Part shown: positions 33,544-43,085 of the stretch, one piece after another | How the letters are laid out: every line of letters begins with the position of its first letter | How positions within the stretch are numbered: position 1 is the stretch's first letter | Origin: a virus | Lineage: Duplodnaviria > Caudoviricetes | Length of the DNA stretch: 64,000 bases | Virus record (IMG/VR): IMGVR_UViG_3300032004_000003 | Coordinates: 3,965 to 67,964 of that record | Reading direction: 5' to 3' (one strand) | Made by a program: the position numbers and the translations under genes | The notes under the pieces: generated by a model | What the model saw: only the letters and a program-made list of their open reading frames with translations | Database searches by the model: none | Told to the model about the DNA's origin: nothing

Positions 33544-36025
33544 CGGCCCGGCTCCCGAAGTAGACGGCGCCGGCATGGGGAATGACGCCGCTGCGGATCA
33601 GCAGTCGAGCCGCCAGCTCCTTGATCTGCCCCTGCACCCGGGGCCGGGTCAGCTCATGGTGATAGCTGGGCTGGTCGAGAGGGCCGTCGTTGCTGGTGTC
33701 AGGGCAGCCGAACACCATGCCCACCGCCACGCTGACGGCCTTGAACACCTCCTTCCCTGCGCTCGACGGCAGCTGCAGGCGATGATCGAGATCCTTGTGC
33801 AGCACGTCGCCGATGCCGGTGACGATGCCGCGATCGCCTTTGCAGGTGTGCAGCCGGAACAGACGGATCGGCTGGCGGTAGTAGCGCATCTCTTCATCGT
33901 GCATGACTTGGCTGATGAGGCGCAGCGTTACCGGATGGCCTTCGGTGAGAGCCGCCAGGATCGAGGCCTCGCCGTACTTGCGCGAGCCGGTGGCGAACCG
34001 GATCAGCTCCTCCTGCGTGTGCTCGCCCGGCTTCTTCGGCTCCTCACGGCTGATCGGGCAGATGACCGCCGGAGGCGTTTCGGAGATCAGCTCGCCACGG
34101 TACCTCGAGTCGTGCAGCACGCGCTCGATGTGCTCCTCGGCGCGTTCCCGCCGCCCTTCCGTCAGCACCGGCGGCAGCCGGGACAGGATGCCCTCGATCA
34201 CCTCGGAATCGATTTTTTCGATCGGCGTGCCGCTCTCGATCACCCGGCCCAGCTCGGCATCGACCTGCACCCGGTCGCCGAGGGTGAACGGCTGCTCGGT
34301 AGCCTGTGGCAAGTGCCAGAGCGCCGTGTCCTCGCCGTCGAGAATGTCGGCCCAGCCGATCAGGCCGGCGCTCTCGAAGCGCGCGTCCATGTCGAGCACG
34401 AAGTCGAACGCCTGCTGCATGGCGCCGGGCGAGCCGCCGTGATCCGGGTAGAAGTACCGGATCGCCACGAACTCCCTCAGCTTCTTGTCGCGCGCCGCGT
34501 CCTGCAGCCAGAACGGCAGCCGCATCGGCCGCCCGAGGATCTGCACCTGCACGTTGACGCTGTTGCCGCGGGCGATGTCGACCACGATCAGGGTCGGCCA
34601 GTTGTTGAGCCCGCGCAGACCCATGTCGACGCAGAACAGAATGCGTGACGAGCGCCGATCGCAACGACCGCGGTGATCCTTGGCGCGCAGGAACGGATGC
34701 ACCACGCCCTTCTGGTCGTGGAACAGCCGCGACTCCTCGGCCGGCACGCCGCGCATGCCCTGATGGATGATCGTGGTGCGCCAGCCCTCGCCGACCGTGT
34801 CGAACATCCCGGCTTCGAGGTCGCGGTCGACCTGAGCTTTGAGATGCTTGGCCTCGGCCTTGCTGTCGCAGCGGATCAGGATATGCGGCGAATACCAGTG
34901 CTCCGGCATCGCCTTGCGCATCTCGCGCTCGATCTCCGACGCCTGGACGATCGCGTGCCGGATGGCGGCGAGCCCACCCGGCAGGGAGGACTTGACGCCG
35001 TGCTGGCCCTCCCGATGGACCTCGATGCCGGCGTCAAGCGTGCAATAGGCCGAGTGCGGCACGGCCATGACCCAGCCGTGATCGCGCGCTTCCTGCCAGT
35101 CGACGAGCAGGGATAGGCAACGGTCGTGGTCGAAGACGGCCCGGTAGCTCGCCTTGCCGGCGAGCGCGAAATGGCGCAGGAACTCGCCGCTGCCGTCGAT
35201 CGGGGTGGCGGTGAGCCCGAACTTGAGCGCGTGCGGCGCCAGCCGGGCAAGGCGGCCGATCTGGTCGGCGGCGAAATCGCACTCGTCCCAGACGATGACG
35301 TCCCACTTGGACAGCGTCTCGGCGATCTCGGCGTCGCTGCGCTTCTGGTCCTTGCGCTCCCAGAGCGCGTGCGGGCAGGAGATGGTGAAGTCGTGGTGCA
35401 TCGGCCCACGCTCGAGGTCGCCGGTCTCGTTGCAGATCTGCACCGACGGCGGCGAGGCGTGGATCCCGAGATCCACGATCTCCTTGAGCAGCTCGCGCTT
35501 GAGCTGGTCGCCCAAGGCCCGTTCCTGCACGAACCAGAGCACCTTGCGCACGCGGGGCGCGTGCTCGATCTGCCGATTGACCTCCTCGTTGATCGCGAGC
35601 AGCAGCGCCACCATCGTCAGGGTCTTGCCGGCGCCGGTGACCATCGCCAGCAGCGAGACGTAGCGCAGCAGCTCGCGGCGCTTGGTCGTGAACAGCTCGG
35701 CGCAATTCAAGACCGCGTCGGGACCGCAAGCCATCTGCATGCGGCGCAGGTTCTCGAAGTTAGGCCGCTCGTCGAACCACGTCGGCCGCCGCCATTTCGG
35801 GTCGGGCTGCATGCCACGCTCGCGGTTGAAGCGCGCGCACACCAGCCGGCAGTTGGCCAAGCTGGTCTCGCCACCCAGCGCCTGGGCGTGCAGGTGGTCG
35901 ACCTCCAGCCGCCGGTCGCACGGCTGGTCGCATTTGATCTCGCAGGCGTTCTGCGCGCGTCGCAGCAGCGCCGTCCAGATCTCGAGCGGCATGTCGTCAG
36001 GCTTGTGAGGAATCTCGAACAACAT
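33533..36025 (-). CDS. HNH endonuclease - SF2 (DExD) helicase fusion, restriction Res-subunit-like (830 aa)
   Basis: CEIKC...LEVDHLHAQALGGETSLANCRLVCARFN; MVTGAGKT; VWDECD; FGLTATP; CVDMGLRGLN; VQILGRPMR. Confidence 0.8.
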   Translation of the reverse strand: MLFEIPHKPDDMPLEIWTALLRRAQNACEIKCDQPCDRRLEVDHLHAQALGGETSLANCRLVCARFNRERGMQPDPKWRRPTWFDERPNFENLRRMQMACGPDAVLNCAELFTTKRRELLRYVSLLAMVTGAGKTLTMVALLLAINEEVNRQIEHAPRVRKVLWFVQERALGDQLKRELLKEIVDLGIHASPPSVQICNETGDLERGPMHHDFTISCPHALWERKDQKRSDAEIAETLSKWDVIVWDECDFAADQIGRLARLAPHALKFGLTATPIDGSGEFLRHFALAGKASYRAVFDHDRCLSLLVDWQEARDHGWVMAVPHSAYCTLDAGIEVHREGQHGVKSSLPGGLAAIRHAIVQASEIEREMRKAMPEHWYSPHILIRCDSKAEAKHLKAQVDRDLEAGMFDTVGEGWRTTIIHQGMRGVPAEESRLFHDQKGVVHPFLRAKDHRGRCDRRSSRILFCVDMGLRGLNNWPTLIVVDIARGNSVNVQVQILGRPMRLPFWLQDAARDKKLREFVAIRYFYPDHGGSPGAMQQAFDFVLDMDARFESAGLIGWADILDGEDTALWHLPQATEQPFTLGDRVQVDAELGRVIESGTPIEKIDSEVIEGILSRLPPVLTEGRRERAEEHIERVLHDSRYRGELISETPPAVICPISREEPKKPGEHTQEELIRFATGSRKYGEASILAALTEGHPVTLRLISQVMHDEEMRYYRQPIRLFRLHTCKGDRGIVTGIGDVLHKDLDHRLQLPSSAGKEVFKAVSVAVGMVFGCPDTSNDGPLDQPSYHHELTRPRVQGQIKELAARLLIRSGVIPHAGAVYFGSRADVA

Positions 36026-36351
36026 CGGTGTTATCCGCGGGCATCGGCCCGTTTGACGCCTAAGCGTCGAGCCCGCTCTGGCGGGCGATGGAGTCGTGGC
36101 ACCCGCGGCGCATCACGCCACCGCATGGCCGGGATCGTCGGCAGGCATCGTCCTTGGGCTCAGTTCCTCCGCCGCCGCCACCGCACGCGCTACAGCGTCG
36201 CCAAGCGGCAGCCTGATCTCTTCAGAGACTACCGCATTACGCCGGCCGGCTGGATCGATCAACGAAGAGATGGATGAAGCCTGGTTCTGGATGCCCTGCG
36301 GTACTGCCACGCGCGCCAAAACCGAATCAAAACGCTTTTTAACGAGGGCGG

Positions 36352-36840
36352 TTAATCACCCTCAGGTCGTGTCACCAGCACCAGCTCGAGGTGCGGGTAG
36401 CGGGCGCGGACCGCGGCGCGCTTGGCCCGGCTGCGCTCGGTGTCGCTCAGCCCGTTGCGGCTCTTGACGTCCTCGAGCCGCACCAGGCCGTTGTCGAGCA
36501 CGACCAGGAAGTCGGCCAGGTACATCACCGGCTTGCCGGCCTCGTCGATGCCGACGAACAGCGGCACCTGCGGCAGCCACAGGCGGATGCGCCCCTGGCG
36601 GTAGAGCTCGTCGAGCCGGACGGCGCGCGCCGCCTCGGCTGCGCTATGGTACAGCCGCGGACCGTTCAGCGGGCTGGTGTAGCGGGTCAGCCGGCGCGGG
36701 TGGCGACCGCCGCCTGGCGCCAGCTGGCCCTTGGCCGGGGCGGTCGGAGCCAGCGCCGCGGCCAGGGATGCCGCCAGCCCGGGGATGGATTTAGCCTTGC
36801 TGGCGACCGCGCGCCGCTTTGGAAAGCCTATGGGATTCAT
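36352..36840 (-). CDS. DUF1064-like PD-(D/E)xK nuclease
   Basis: YHSAAEA.R; QVPL; YLADFLV; RLEDVKS. Confidence 0.75.
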   Translation of the reverse strand: MNPIGFPKRRAVASKAKSIPGLAASLAAALAPTAPAKGQLAPGGGRHPRRLTRYTSPLNGPRLYHSAAEAARAVRLDELYRQGRIRLWLPQVPLFVGIDEAGKPVMYLADFLVVLDNGLVRLEDVKSRNGLSDTERSRAKRAAVRARYPHLELVLVTRPEGD

Positions 36841-37184
36841 GCGGCCGGACCGCCGCCAACCCGCGCCGTTGCTGGCTTTTCGCGGCCTGCCTGCAGGGAA
36901 CTATCCAGCGGCTTTTGCCCTGTGTTAGGAGGGATGACGAGGGATCGGCTTCGAGGTGCGGCGCGCGGGCGGCGTCGCGGACGGACGGCAGGGCAGGCCG
37001 GCGAGGCGGAGGAGGGGCGACGATGGCTATGGCGGCGGCGCATGCTTGGCGTGACCTGGAGTGCTCGCCGGTCGACACACCATCAGGACCGGCGGATGTC
37101 AACCGCGCTAGGCGACCGGCTCCTGGCGCGGACGCCAAGGAGGCGGCTGCGGCCGGCACCGGGGCGCCGGCGCTGACCGAGCGC

Positions 37185-37826
37185 ATGCTGGCCGAGGAGC
37201 GGCTGTGGGACGTCCTGCGGCGGCGGATCGTCGAGATCGCCGAGAAGCGGCGGGTGACCTTGCGCGACGTCGCGGTGCGCGCCGGGCTGCCCGAGGGCGC
37301 GGTTCGCGACGTCGTGGTGGGCCGGTCGCTGAACCCGCGGATCAGCACGCTGATGCTGATCGCCGAAAGCCTGAACGTCTCGCCGGCGGCGCTGTTGCCC
37401 GACAAGGCCGCGACCGCGGGCGGCGACGTCGAGGTGTTCCACGTGCGGCTGCTCGAGCCCGGCGGCAAGGCGGCGGCGGGGGACGCGCCGGCGAGGAGCG
37501 CGGTGATCGCGCTGCCGCCGCAGCTGGCGCCGGCGGCGCGCGCCGGGCGGCTGCTGGCCTGGCAGGTGACCGGGGAGCCGCAGGTGGCGGCGCTGCAGCG
37601 CGGCGACCTTGTCGTGGCCGACACCGCGCAGACCGGCGGCACGGACCGGGCGCCCTACCTGTGCGAGCTGGCGCACGAGCTGCGGGTGGTGCGGGTCAGC
37701 ACGACGCTGCGGCCGGGCGAGCGGCGGCTGAGCGTGGATGACGGCGACGAGCCGGTGACCGTGCCCGTCGACGCGGTGCGGATCCTGGGCCGCATCGTCT
37801 ACCTGGCGCGGCTCCAGATCGCCTAG
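37185..37826 (+). CDS. CI-like repressor: XRE HTH plus degenerate S24-like C-terminal domain (start uncertain)
   Basis: TLRDVAVRAGLPEGAVRDV..GRSLNPRISTLMLIAESLNVS; LQRGDLVVAD; ILGRIVY. Confidence 0.75.
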   Translation: MLAEERLWDVLRRRIVEIAEKRRVTLRDVAVRAGLPEGAVRDVVVGRSLNPRISTLMLIAESLNVSPAALLPDKAATAGGDVEVFHVRLLEPGGKAAAGDAPARSAVIALPPQLAPAARAGRLLAWQVTGEPQVAALQRGDLVVADTAQTGGTDRAPYLCELAHELRVVRVSTTLRPGERRLSVDDGDEPVTVPVDAVRILGRIVYLARLQIA

Positions 37827-38139
37827 CCTGGGGGCAGGCCGGACGGCGTGATGAGCGCGCGGCGCAGCTCCTCGATCAGCCTATCCCCGTAAGGATCCCC
37901 CCTGCTTTCAAGCAGGGGAATCCAGCGCGCGAGATCGCTGGCTGGATCGTTGGCAACGAAACCGGCTGGGGCGATCCCGCGGGCGCCGATGCACGCCGGC
38001 ACGCCCTCCTGCGCCGCCGTCCGCTCGCTTACCGGCGTACGGGACAAATCCACGACTTTTCGGGATTTGCGCTGGAAAAGGGGTCATGGATTGCCTAAAA
38101 TTCCCGTCACGGCACCGGACATGCCGTAGGGAGATCAAC

Positions 38140-38385
38140 TTGACCGCTCATTCTGACTTGGCCGCGCTGCGGCCGCGCTTCGTCGGCCTGCCCTTGAGCC
38201 ACAGCGATCAGCAGACCCTGCTGATCTTCGCCGAGGCCCTGGCCAACCTGTACCAGGAGACGATCGAGCGTGCCGCCGGGCGGCCGATCAGCTGCGAATT
38301 GGTCAACGAGATCCGCGAGATCGTCGAGCGCGCGCAGCTCGCGGCCAAGGTCGAGGTGCTGCAGATCCTGTCGGAGGTGGCGTGA
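38140..38385 (+). CDS. Hypothetical protein
   Basis: TTG start with GGGAG RBS; overlaps the next gene. Confidence 0.55.
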   Translation: MTAHSDLAALRPRFVGLPLSHSDQQTLLIFAEALANLYQETIERAAGRPISCELVNEIREIVERAQLAAKVEVLQILSEVA

Positions 38386-38996
38386 TGTCGGACCACACGC
38401 TCAGGCTCGAGGCCCTGGCCTCGACCGGTCTGGTCCAAGCCCTGCGCGAGCGGGGCGAGGATGACGACGGCGTCCAGTGCGGGCTCGAGAGCGAGACCAC
38501 GTTCGTCGAGCTGGCGCGCGGCGTGGTGCGCGAGATCGTCGAGGCCGAGGCCCACGCCGCGGCGGCGAAGGAGGTCGCGCGCGGCTACCGCGACCGCGCC
38601 GGCCGGCGCGAGGACCGGGCCGGGCGGCTGCGCGGCGCCTTGCTCGGCGCGCTCGAGGTGCTCGGCATCCGCAAGCTGACCTTGCCCGAGGCGACCGTCT
38701 CGAGCGCCGGTGGCGCGCCCGGCGTGGTGATCACCGACGCGGAGCTGGTGCCGCTGCGGCTCCGGCAGGCGTCGCCCAAGGTCGAGGCCGCGTTCCACGG
38801 CCTGCTGCGTGCCGCCGCCTTGCTGCAGGCCTGCGACCAGCCCGAGGCCGGCGCCGAGATCGAGGCCATCGCCCACACCCTGCTGCCGCTGTTCGAGCCC
38901 AACCGCAAGGCCATCGGCGCCGAGCTGAAGCAGCACGGCCACGTGCCGGGCGCCATGCTCGGGAACTGCGCCCCGTCGCTCCAGATCAGGAAGTAG
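38382..38996 (+). CDS. Siphovirus Gp157 family protein
   Basis: Coiled coil then LGIRKLTLPEATVS..VVITDAELVP; PNRKAIGAELK.HGHVPGA. Confidence 0.75.
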   Translation: MMSDHTLRLEALASTGLVQALRERGEDDDGVQCGLESETTFVELARGVVREIVEAEAHAAAAKEVARGYRDRAGRREDRAGRLRGALLGALEVLGIRKLTLPEATVSSAGGAPGVVITDAELVPLRLRQASPKVEAAFHGLLRAAALLQACDQPEAGAEIEAIAHTLLPLFEPNRKAIGAELKQHGHVPGAMLGNCAPSLQIRK

Positions 38997-38999
38997 ACC

Positions 39000-40001
39000 A
39001 TGAACGTCATCGCCACGCCCGACGGCCACGAGATCATGGAGCGCGTGATCACCGTTGGTGATCTGGCGCTGCTCACCCCGGCCGAGCGCAACGCCTACTA
39101 TCTGTCGACCTGCACCTCGCTCGGGCTCAACCCGCTCACCCGCCCGTTCGACTACCTCAAGCTCAACGGCCGGGTGGTGCTCTACGCGCGAAAGGACGCG
39201 ACGGACCAGCTGCGCAAGATCAACGGCATCTCGCTCCGCATCCTCGAGCAGAAGACCGAGAACGGGCTGTTCGTGGTCACCGTCGAGGCGCGGGACAAGG
39301 AGGGCCGGGTCGACACCGACATCGGCGCCGTGGCGATCCAGAACCTCCAGGGGGAAGCGCGGGCGAACGCCATCCTGAAAACCGTGACCAAAGGCAAGCG
39401 CCGGGTGACGCTGTCCATCTGCGGCCTCGGCCTCCTCGACGAGACCGAGACCTCGGACATCCCCGCCAGCGAGCGGCAGGCGTGGGCCGAGAGCGAACCG
39501 GACGCGCCGCCGGTCGAGACGAAGCCCGAGCCGTCGCCGGTCCTCGCGAGCCGGCCCGCGTCCCTCATCGAGGTCAAGCCCGAGCCGTCGCCGGCCTCGA
39601 CGCTGGCCCAAACCCCGGCAACCGTGGAGCCGCCCCCCATGCAGACCGTCGTCAAGATCCTCAGCCTCGACGGCCGGGCGGTCTACACCGGCTCGATCGC
39701 CAGCGAGGCCTTGACGGCCTACGGCAAGGCCAAGAAGCGCTCGACCGACGCCGGCGCGGTCGCCGTCGCCAACGTCGACGCGCTCAAGGCGGTGCTGCCC
39801 TACGTCAAGAACGGCTGGCACAAGGCGCTGAAGCAGGAGATCGAGGCCGCCGAGGCCCTGATCGACACGCTCGAGCATGAGCGCCTGGCGGCGATCGACG
39901 ACAACGAGGTCGACGAGGACGGCGTCGTGCTGAACCACGCGAGCGACGACGGCGAGCCCGGTCTGGCCGCCATGGGCCCTGACGAGCCCGGGCCGGCGTG
40001 A
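39000..40001 (+). CDS. Single-strand annealing / recombination protein (RecT/ERF-like phage family)
   Basis: GDLALLTPAER..YY...LGLNPLTRPFDY; LYARKDATDQLR; KTVTKGKRRVTLSICGLG; next to Gp157. Confidence 0.7.
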   Translation: MNVIATPDGHEIMERVITVGDLALLTPAERNAYYLSTCTSLGLNPLTRPFDYLKLNGRVVLYARKDATDQLRKINGISLRILEQKTENGLFVVTVEARDKEGRVDTDIGAVAIQNLQGEARANAILKTVTKGKRRVTLSICGLGLLDETETSDIPASERQAWAESEPDAPPVETKPEPSPVLASRPASLIEVKPEPSPASTLAQTPATVEPPPMQTVVKILSLDGRAVYTGSIASEALTAYGKAKKRSTDAGAVAVANVDALKAVLPYVKNGWHKALKQEIEAAEALIDTLEHERLAAIDDNEVDEDGVVLNHASDDGEPGLAAMGPDEPGPA

Positions 40002-40228
40002 CCTGCCTGCTGCAGGCGCAGCTGGCGGCGCTGGGCCGGGTGGTCCGGCGCCGTCGGCGCGTGGTCGGGCTGACGCTGGCCGAGCTGGCGGCGGCGTCCG
40101 GCGTGAGCGAGAGCACCCTCAAGGGATGGGAGGCTGGCAGGCGAAATCCAAGCGTCCGTGGTTTCTTTGCCCTAGCGTCTGCGTTAGGAGTCCGACCGGG
40201 GGAGCTGCTCGACGAGAGGGACGGATGA
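39998..40228 (+). CDS. XRE family HTH regulator
   Basis: GLTLAELAAASGVSESTLKGWEAGRRNPS. Confidence 0.85.
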   Translation: MTCLLQAQLAALGRVVRRRRRVVGLTLAELAAASGVSESTLKGWEAGRRNPSVRGFFALASALGVRPGELLDERDG

Positions 40229-40377
40229 CGGGACCGACCGATCTGGCGCGGATGGTGGCATGGATGCTCATGCTCGAGGACACGCACCTGGCGCGGGTGT
40301 GGCAGGCGCGGACCCGCTGGCAGGGGCTGGACCCGAAAGCTGGCCGGAGCCGGGCTGATGCCCCCGTCAAGGCGTGA
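40225..40377 (+). CDS. Small hypothetical protein
   Basis: Coupled ATGA overlap. Confidence 0.45.
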   Translation: MTGPTDLARMVAWMLMLEDTHLARVWQARTRWQGLDPKAGRSRADAPVKA

Positions 40378-40469
40378 AAAAGAGGCCCGTCCAGGGTGAG
40401 CCGGACGGGCCGAGCGAGCAAGGATCAGGGAGGCTTTATGCGCGCCAGCGTGCCCCGGCCGGGACCGGG
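40377..40469 (-). ncRNA. Putative antisense sRNA element 1 with intrinsic terminator
   Basis: Minus strand: CCCGGTCCCGG ... AGCCTCCCTGATC ... 9-bp stem hairpin (40384-40411) followed by TCTTTTT. Confidence 0.4.
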
Positions 40470-40517
40470 CCGGCAGGGGACATCTTCGCCTGCGACAACG
40501 CCTACCAGCGAGGTGCC

Positions 40518-40901
40518 ATGACCGACGATCGGGACACGGAAGACGCGGACGACACGGACGCGAGCGCAGGCTTCCAGCGTCTGGCGCAGGCGGCGTTCGC
40601 CGACCACGACCCGGCGGCGCTCGCCGAGCTGGTGCGCGTGTGCGGGCCGAGCGCGCCGTTCCTGGCCGCGGCGCTCGACCACGCCACCAACGCCGGCCAG
40701 GCGCCGTGCGCGGTGATCGTGGCGCCGGACGTGACCACGGGGCGCTGGCAGGTGATCGGCGCCAGCCGGCAGCCCGAGGACATGCCCTACGTCAACATCC
40801 TGGCCGCGCGCATCCGCGACCTGATCGAGGAGCTGGCGGACGAGAACCGCGAGACGGCCGAGGCCGACCTGGCGACGCGGCCCAGCGAAGGGAACGCGTG
40901 A
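40518..40901 (+). CDS. Hypothetical protein
   Basis: GAGGT RBS; codon bias. Confidence 0.55.
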   Translation: MTDDRDTEDADDTDASAGFQRLAQAAFADHDPAALAELVRVCGPSAPFLAAALDHATNAGQAPCAVIVAPDVTTGRWQVIGASRQPEDMPYVNILAARIRDLIEELADENRETAEADLATRPSEGNA

Positions 40902-41086
40902 TGGAGCGCATCCTGGTCGAGCTGCTCGTCGTGCTGCTGGTCGCCGGCGCGATCTTCGCCGTGGTCCGGCTGGTGGCGGGCGGCCTCGGCCTGCCCGGCT
41001 GGGTGGTGCAGGCGACCGGCATCGTGCTGGCGGTGGTGCTGATCATCTGGCTGATCCGGCTGCTGCCGCTGGCAGGCATCGGCTGA
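40901..41086 (+). CDS. Small two-TM membrane protein
   Basis: Two hydrophobic helices ending IWLIRLLP. Confidence 0.6.
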   Translation: MERILVELLVVLLVAGAIFAVVRLVAGGLGLPGWVVQATGIVLAVVLIIWLIRLLPLAGIG

Positions 41087-41131
41087 TGACGGACCGTCAG
41101 GTTGCCACCGAGGTTCGTTTCGGGTCGCGCC

Positions 41132-41362
41132 ATGCTGCTGGGTGAGTGGCTCGAGCGCCACCAGCGCCGTCTGCCCGGCCTCGCCGGTGCCCTCGGCCGC
41201 GCGCGCAAGGCGTTCGCGCGCATGGACCTGCTCAGCCTCGAGCAGCTGTGCGCCTACACCCCGGCCGAGCTGCTGCGCGTGCCGTGGCTTGGGCCGGTCA
41301 CCGTCGCCGTGCTCGAGGAGCTGCTGGCCGAGGACGGCCTGCGCCTGCGGGACCGCCGGTGA
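41132..41362 (+). CDS. RNA polymerase alpha C-terminal-domain-like (HhH) protein
   Basis: RARKAFARMDLLSLEQL...AELLRVPWLGPVTVAVLEELL..GLRL mirrors the alphaCTD pattern RsyNcLkr.I.ti.dL....dLlki.nlG.kS..EI. Confidence 0.7.
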   Translation: MLLGEWLERHQRRLPGLAGALGRARKAFARMDLLSLEQLCAYTPAELLRVPWLGPVTVAVLEELLAEDGLRLRDRR

Positions 41363-41688
41363 GGCGCGGAGGACCGCGCCTGAGGCGCTGGTTCAGCCGG
41401 TTCGCCGCCGCCGCCGCGCGCTGGACCGGGTCGGCGACGGCGTTCGTGCTGGCGGCCGGGTTCGTGGTGGCATGGGTGATCGGCGGGTTGTGGTGGACCT
41501 GGACCGACCCAACCTATGCGCTTATCCTGAACTCGGTGACCACAATTTGCACGTTCTTGATGGTTTTCTTGATTCAGCACGAGGGCGACCGCGACACCCG
41601 GGCGGTGCAGCTCAAGCTCGACGAGATCGTCAGGGCGCAGCCGGGCGCGCGCGACGACGTCGCCGGGATCGAGCGCCAGGAGGGCTGA
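41359..41688 (+). CDS. Low-affinity iron permease (Fet4-like) family protein
   Basis: FSRFAAAAARWTGS..AF; NSVTTICTFLMVFLIQH..DRDTRAVQLKLDEIVRA. Confidence 0.85.
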   Translation: MRRGGPRLRRWFSRFAAAAARWTGSATAFVLAAGFVVAWVIGGLWWTWTDPTYALILNSVTTICTFLMVFLIQHEGDRDTRAVQLKLDEIVRAQPGARDDVAGIERQEG

Positions 41689-41693
41689 CAGGC

Positions 41694-42077
41694 ATGGACG
41701 ACGACGACGACGGCTCGCTGGCCGACCGGATCCACGCGGCGTTCGAGCGGGGCGCCGCCGACGCGCGGCACGCCGAGGTGACGCTGGCCAAGCTGGTGCG
41801 CGACCAGCGGTGGGATCCGGCGGAGGCCGCGCAATATCTGGCCGCCGCCGCCGCGGACCAGGTGCTGCTGTCGAGCGAGCACAGCATCGACCGGTTCGAG
41901 GTCGCCAGCGACGCGCTGCTGGCGTTCGCGGTCGCCATGGAGATGGTCGACCCGCACGCCATCCCGGCCTGCCTGGAAGAGCTGGCCGAGGCCACCGGCC
42001 TCGAGCCGGAGCTGGACGCGCTCACCGACGAGCTGTTCGAGGAGGCGGCGCGGCGGCGGCGCGAGGCCGCGTCGTGA
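41694..42077 (+). CDS. Acidic hypothetical protein
   Basis: Codon bias; coupled to neighbours. Confidence 0.55.
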   Translation: MDDDDDGSLADRIHAAFERGAADARHAEVTLAKLVRDQRWDPAEAAQYLAAAAADQVLLSSEHSIDRFEVASDALLAFAVAMEMVDPHAIPACLEELAEATGLEPELDALTDELFEEAARRRREAAS

Positions 42078-42192
42078 GGCGGGCGGTGGCGGTGGCGCGG
42101 GCACGGCGATGCGAGACGCTGGCCTGGCGCCTGTGGCTGCTGCAGGGGGCCGTGTCGCTGGCCGTGATCTGGCGGCTGACCGCCGGTTCTCC

Positions 42193-42510
42193 CTAGCAGC
42201 CAGGAGGGGGCGGCGGCGAGCGCAGGAACAGCGTCTCGCCGAGCAGCATCTCGGTCGGCCGCGATTCGGCGACCAGATCCTCCAGCCGCCCCCGGCTCCA
42301 CGCGCGCGCCAGATCGATCCCGGCGACCAGCTGCGGCCGACGCTCGAACACCATCAGGCTCAGGCACAGCCTGTCGACGCAGCATGCCGCCAGGTGCAGC
42401 CGGAAGCCGGGCAGCACGGCAAGCTCCTGGGTCAACCCGACCTCGACCCGGGCGCACATCCTTCGGAACGCCGGGTCGTGCCCCGGGAAAGCGCGAATGG
42501 CTAGGTGCAT
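42193..42510 (-). CDS. Hypothetical protein (possible ABM-like ferredoxin fold)
   Basis: GGAGG-like RBS; LAVLPGFRLH...LSLMVFE..pattern. Confidence 0.4.
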   Translation of the reverse strand: MHLAIRAFPGHDPAFRRMCARVEVGLTQELAVLPGFRLHLAACCVDRLCLSLMVFERRPQLVAGIDLARAWSRGRLEDLVAESRPTEMLLGETLFLRSPPPPPGC

Positions 42511-43085
42511 CTTCTTGCCTCCCGCGAGCGGCGGTCTGGGATGGTCATGGCCCCCGGAGCACGGCGCCCCGGGGTGCCAAAGGCAGCTCGAGCCGGCGGT
42601 GTAGCTTGGCAGCTGGACCGCGTCCAGCCTTGGACGCATCGAGATTGACAGTCGGCGACCAAGCGCCCACCCTGCGGGCACGGTCGAGGGGCGCGGTATG
42701 CCAGCGAGCTCTTGCCGCAGCTAATGCCGAAGGGCGTCGGGTAGCACCCGGCGCCTTTTGGCGTTCTTGGACGCGTCGGAATTGAAGTCGGCGAACCTGC
42801 ATTATGGAACCTTGGGACCGTCTGCCGCCGACCCGGGACCTGACCTCGCCCGCCCGACGTCAGGTCCTGTCCTGGCCGCGGCGGATGGGACCGCCGCCCC
42901 AGCCGACCGGCGGCGCCGCGGCCGCCACGAGCCTCCTGGTCGCGTCGCGCGCGTAGGATTGGATGCCACAGCAGCGATCCTAACGTTGCGGCAGGCGCGT
43001 CGCCCTGCCCGACCGCTTGACAACGGTCGGCCAAGCGCGAGGATTTATCGCAAATCCCAGGCTAGGCGAGCAACGAGCAACCCCC

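Noticed and set aside
36030-36350. 68-aa ORF 36113-36319 in an AT-richer gap
   Set aside because: Weak codon bias and no recognisable motif; more likely regulatory sequence.
36837-37184. Expected Cro-like gene divergent from the repressor
   Set aside because: No minus-strand ORF here shows an HTH pattern, so it was left unannotated.
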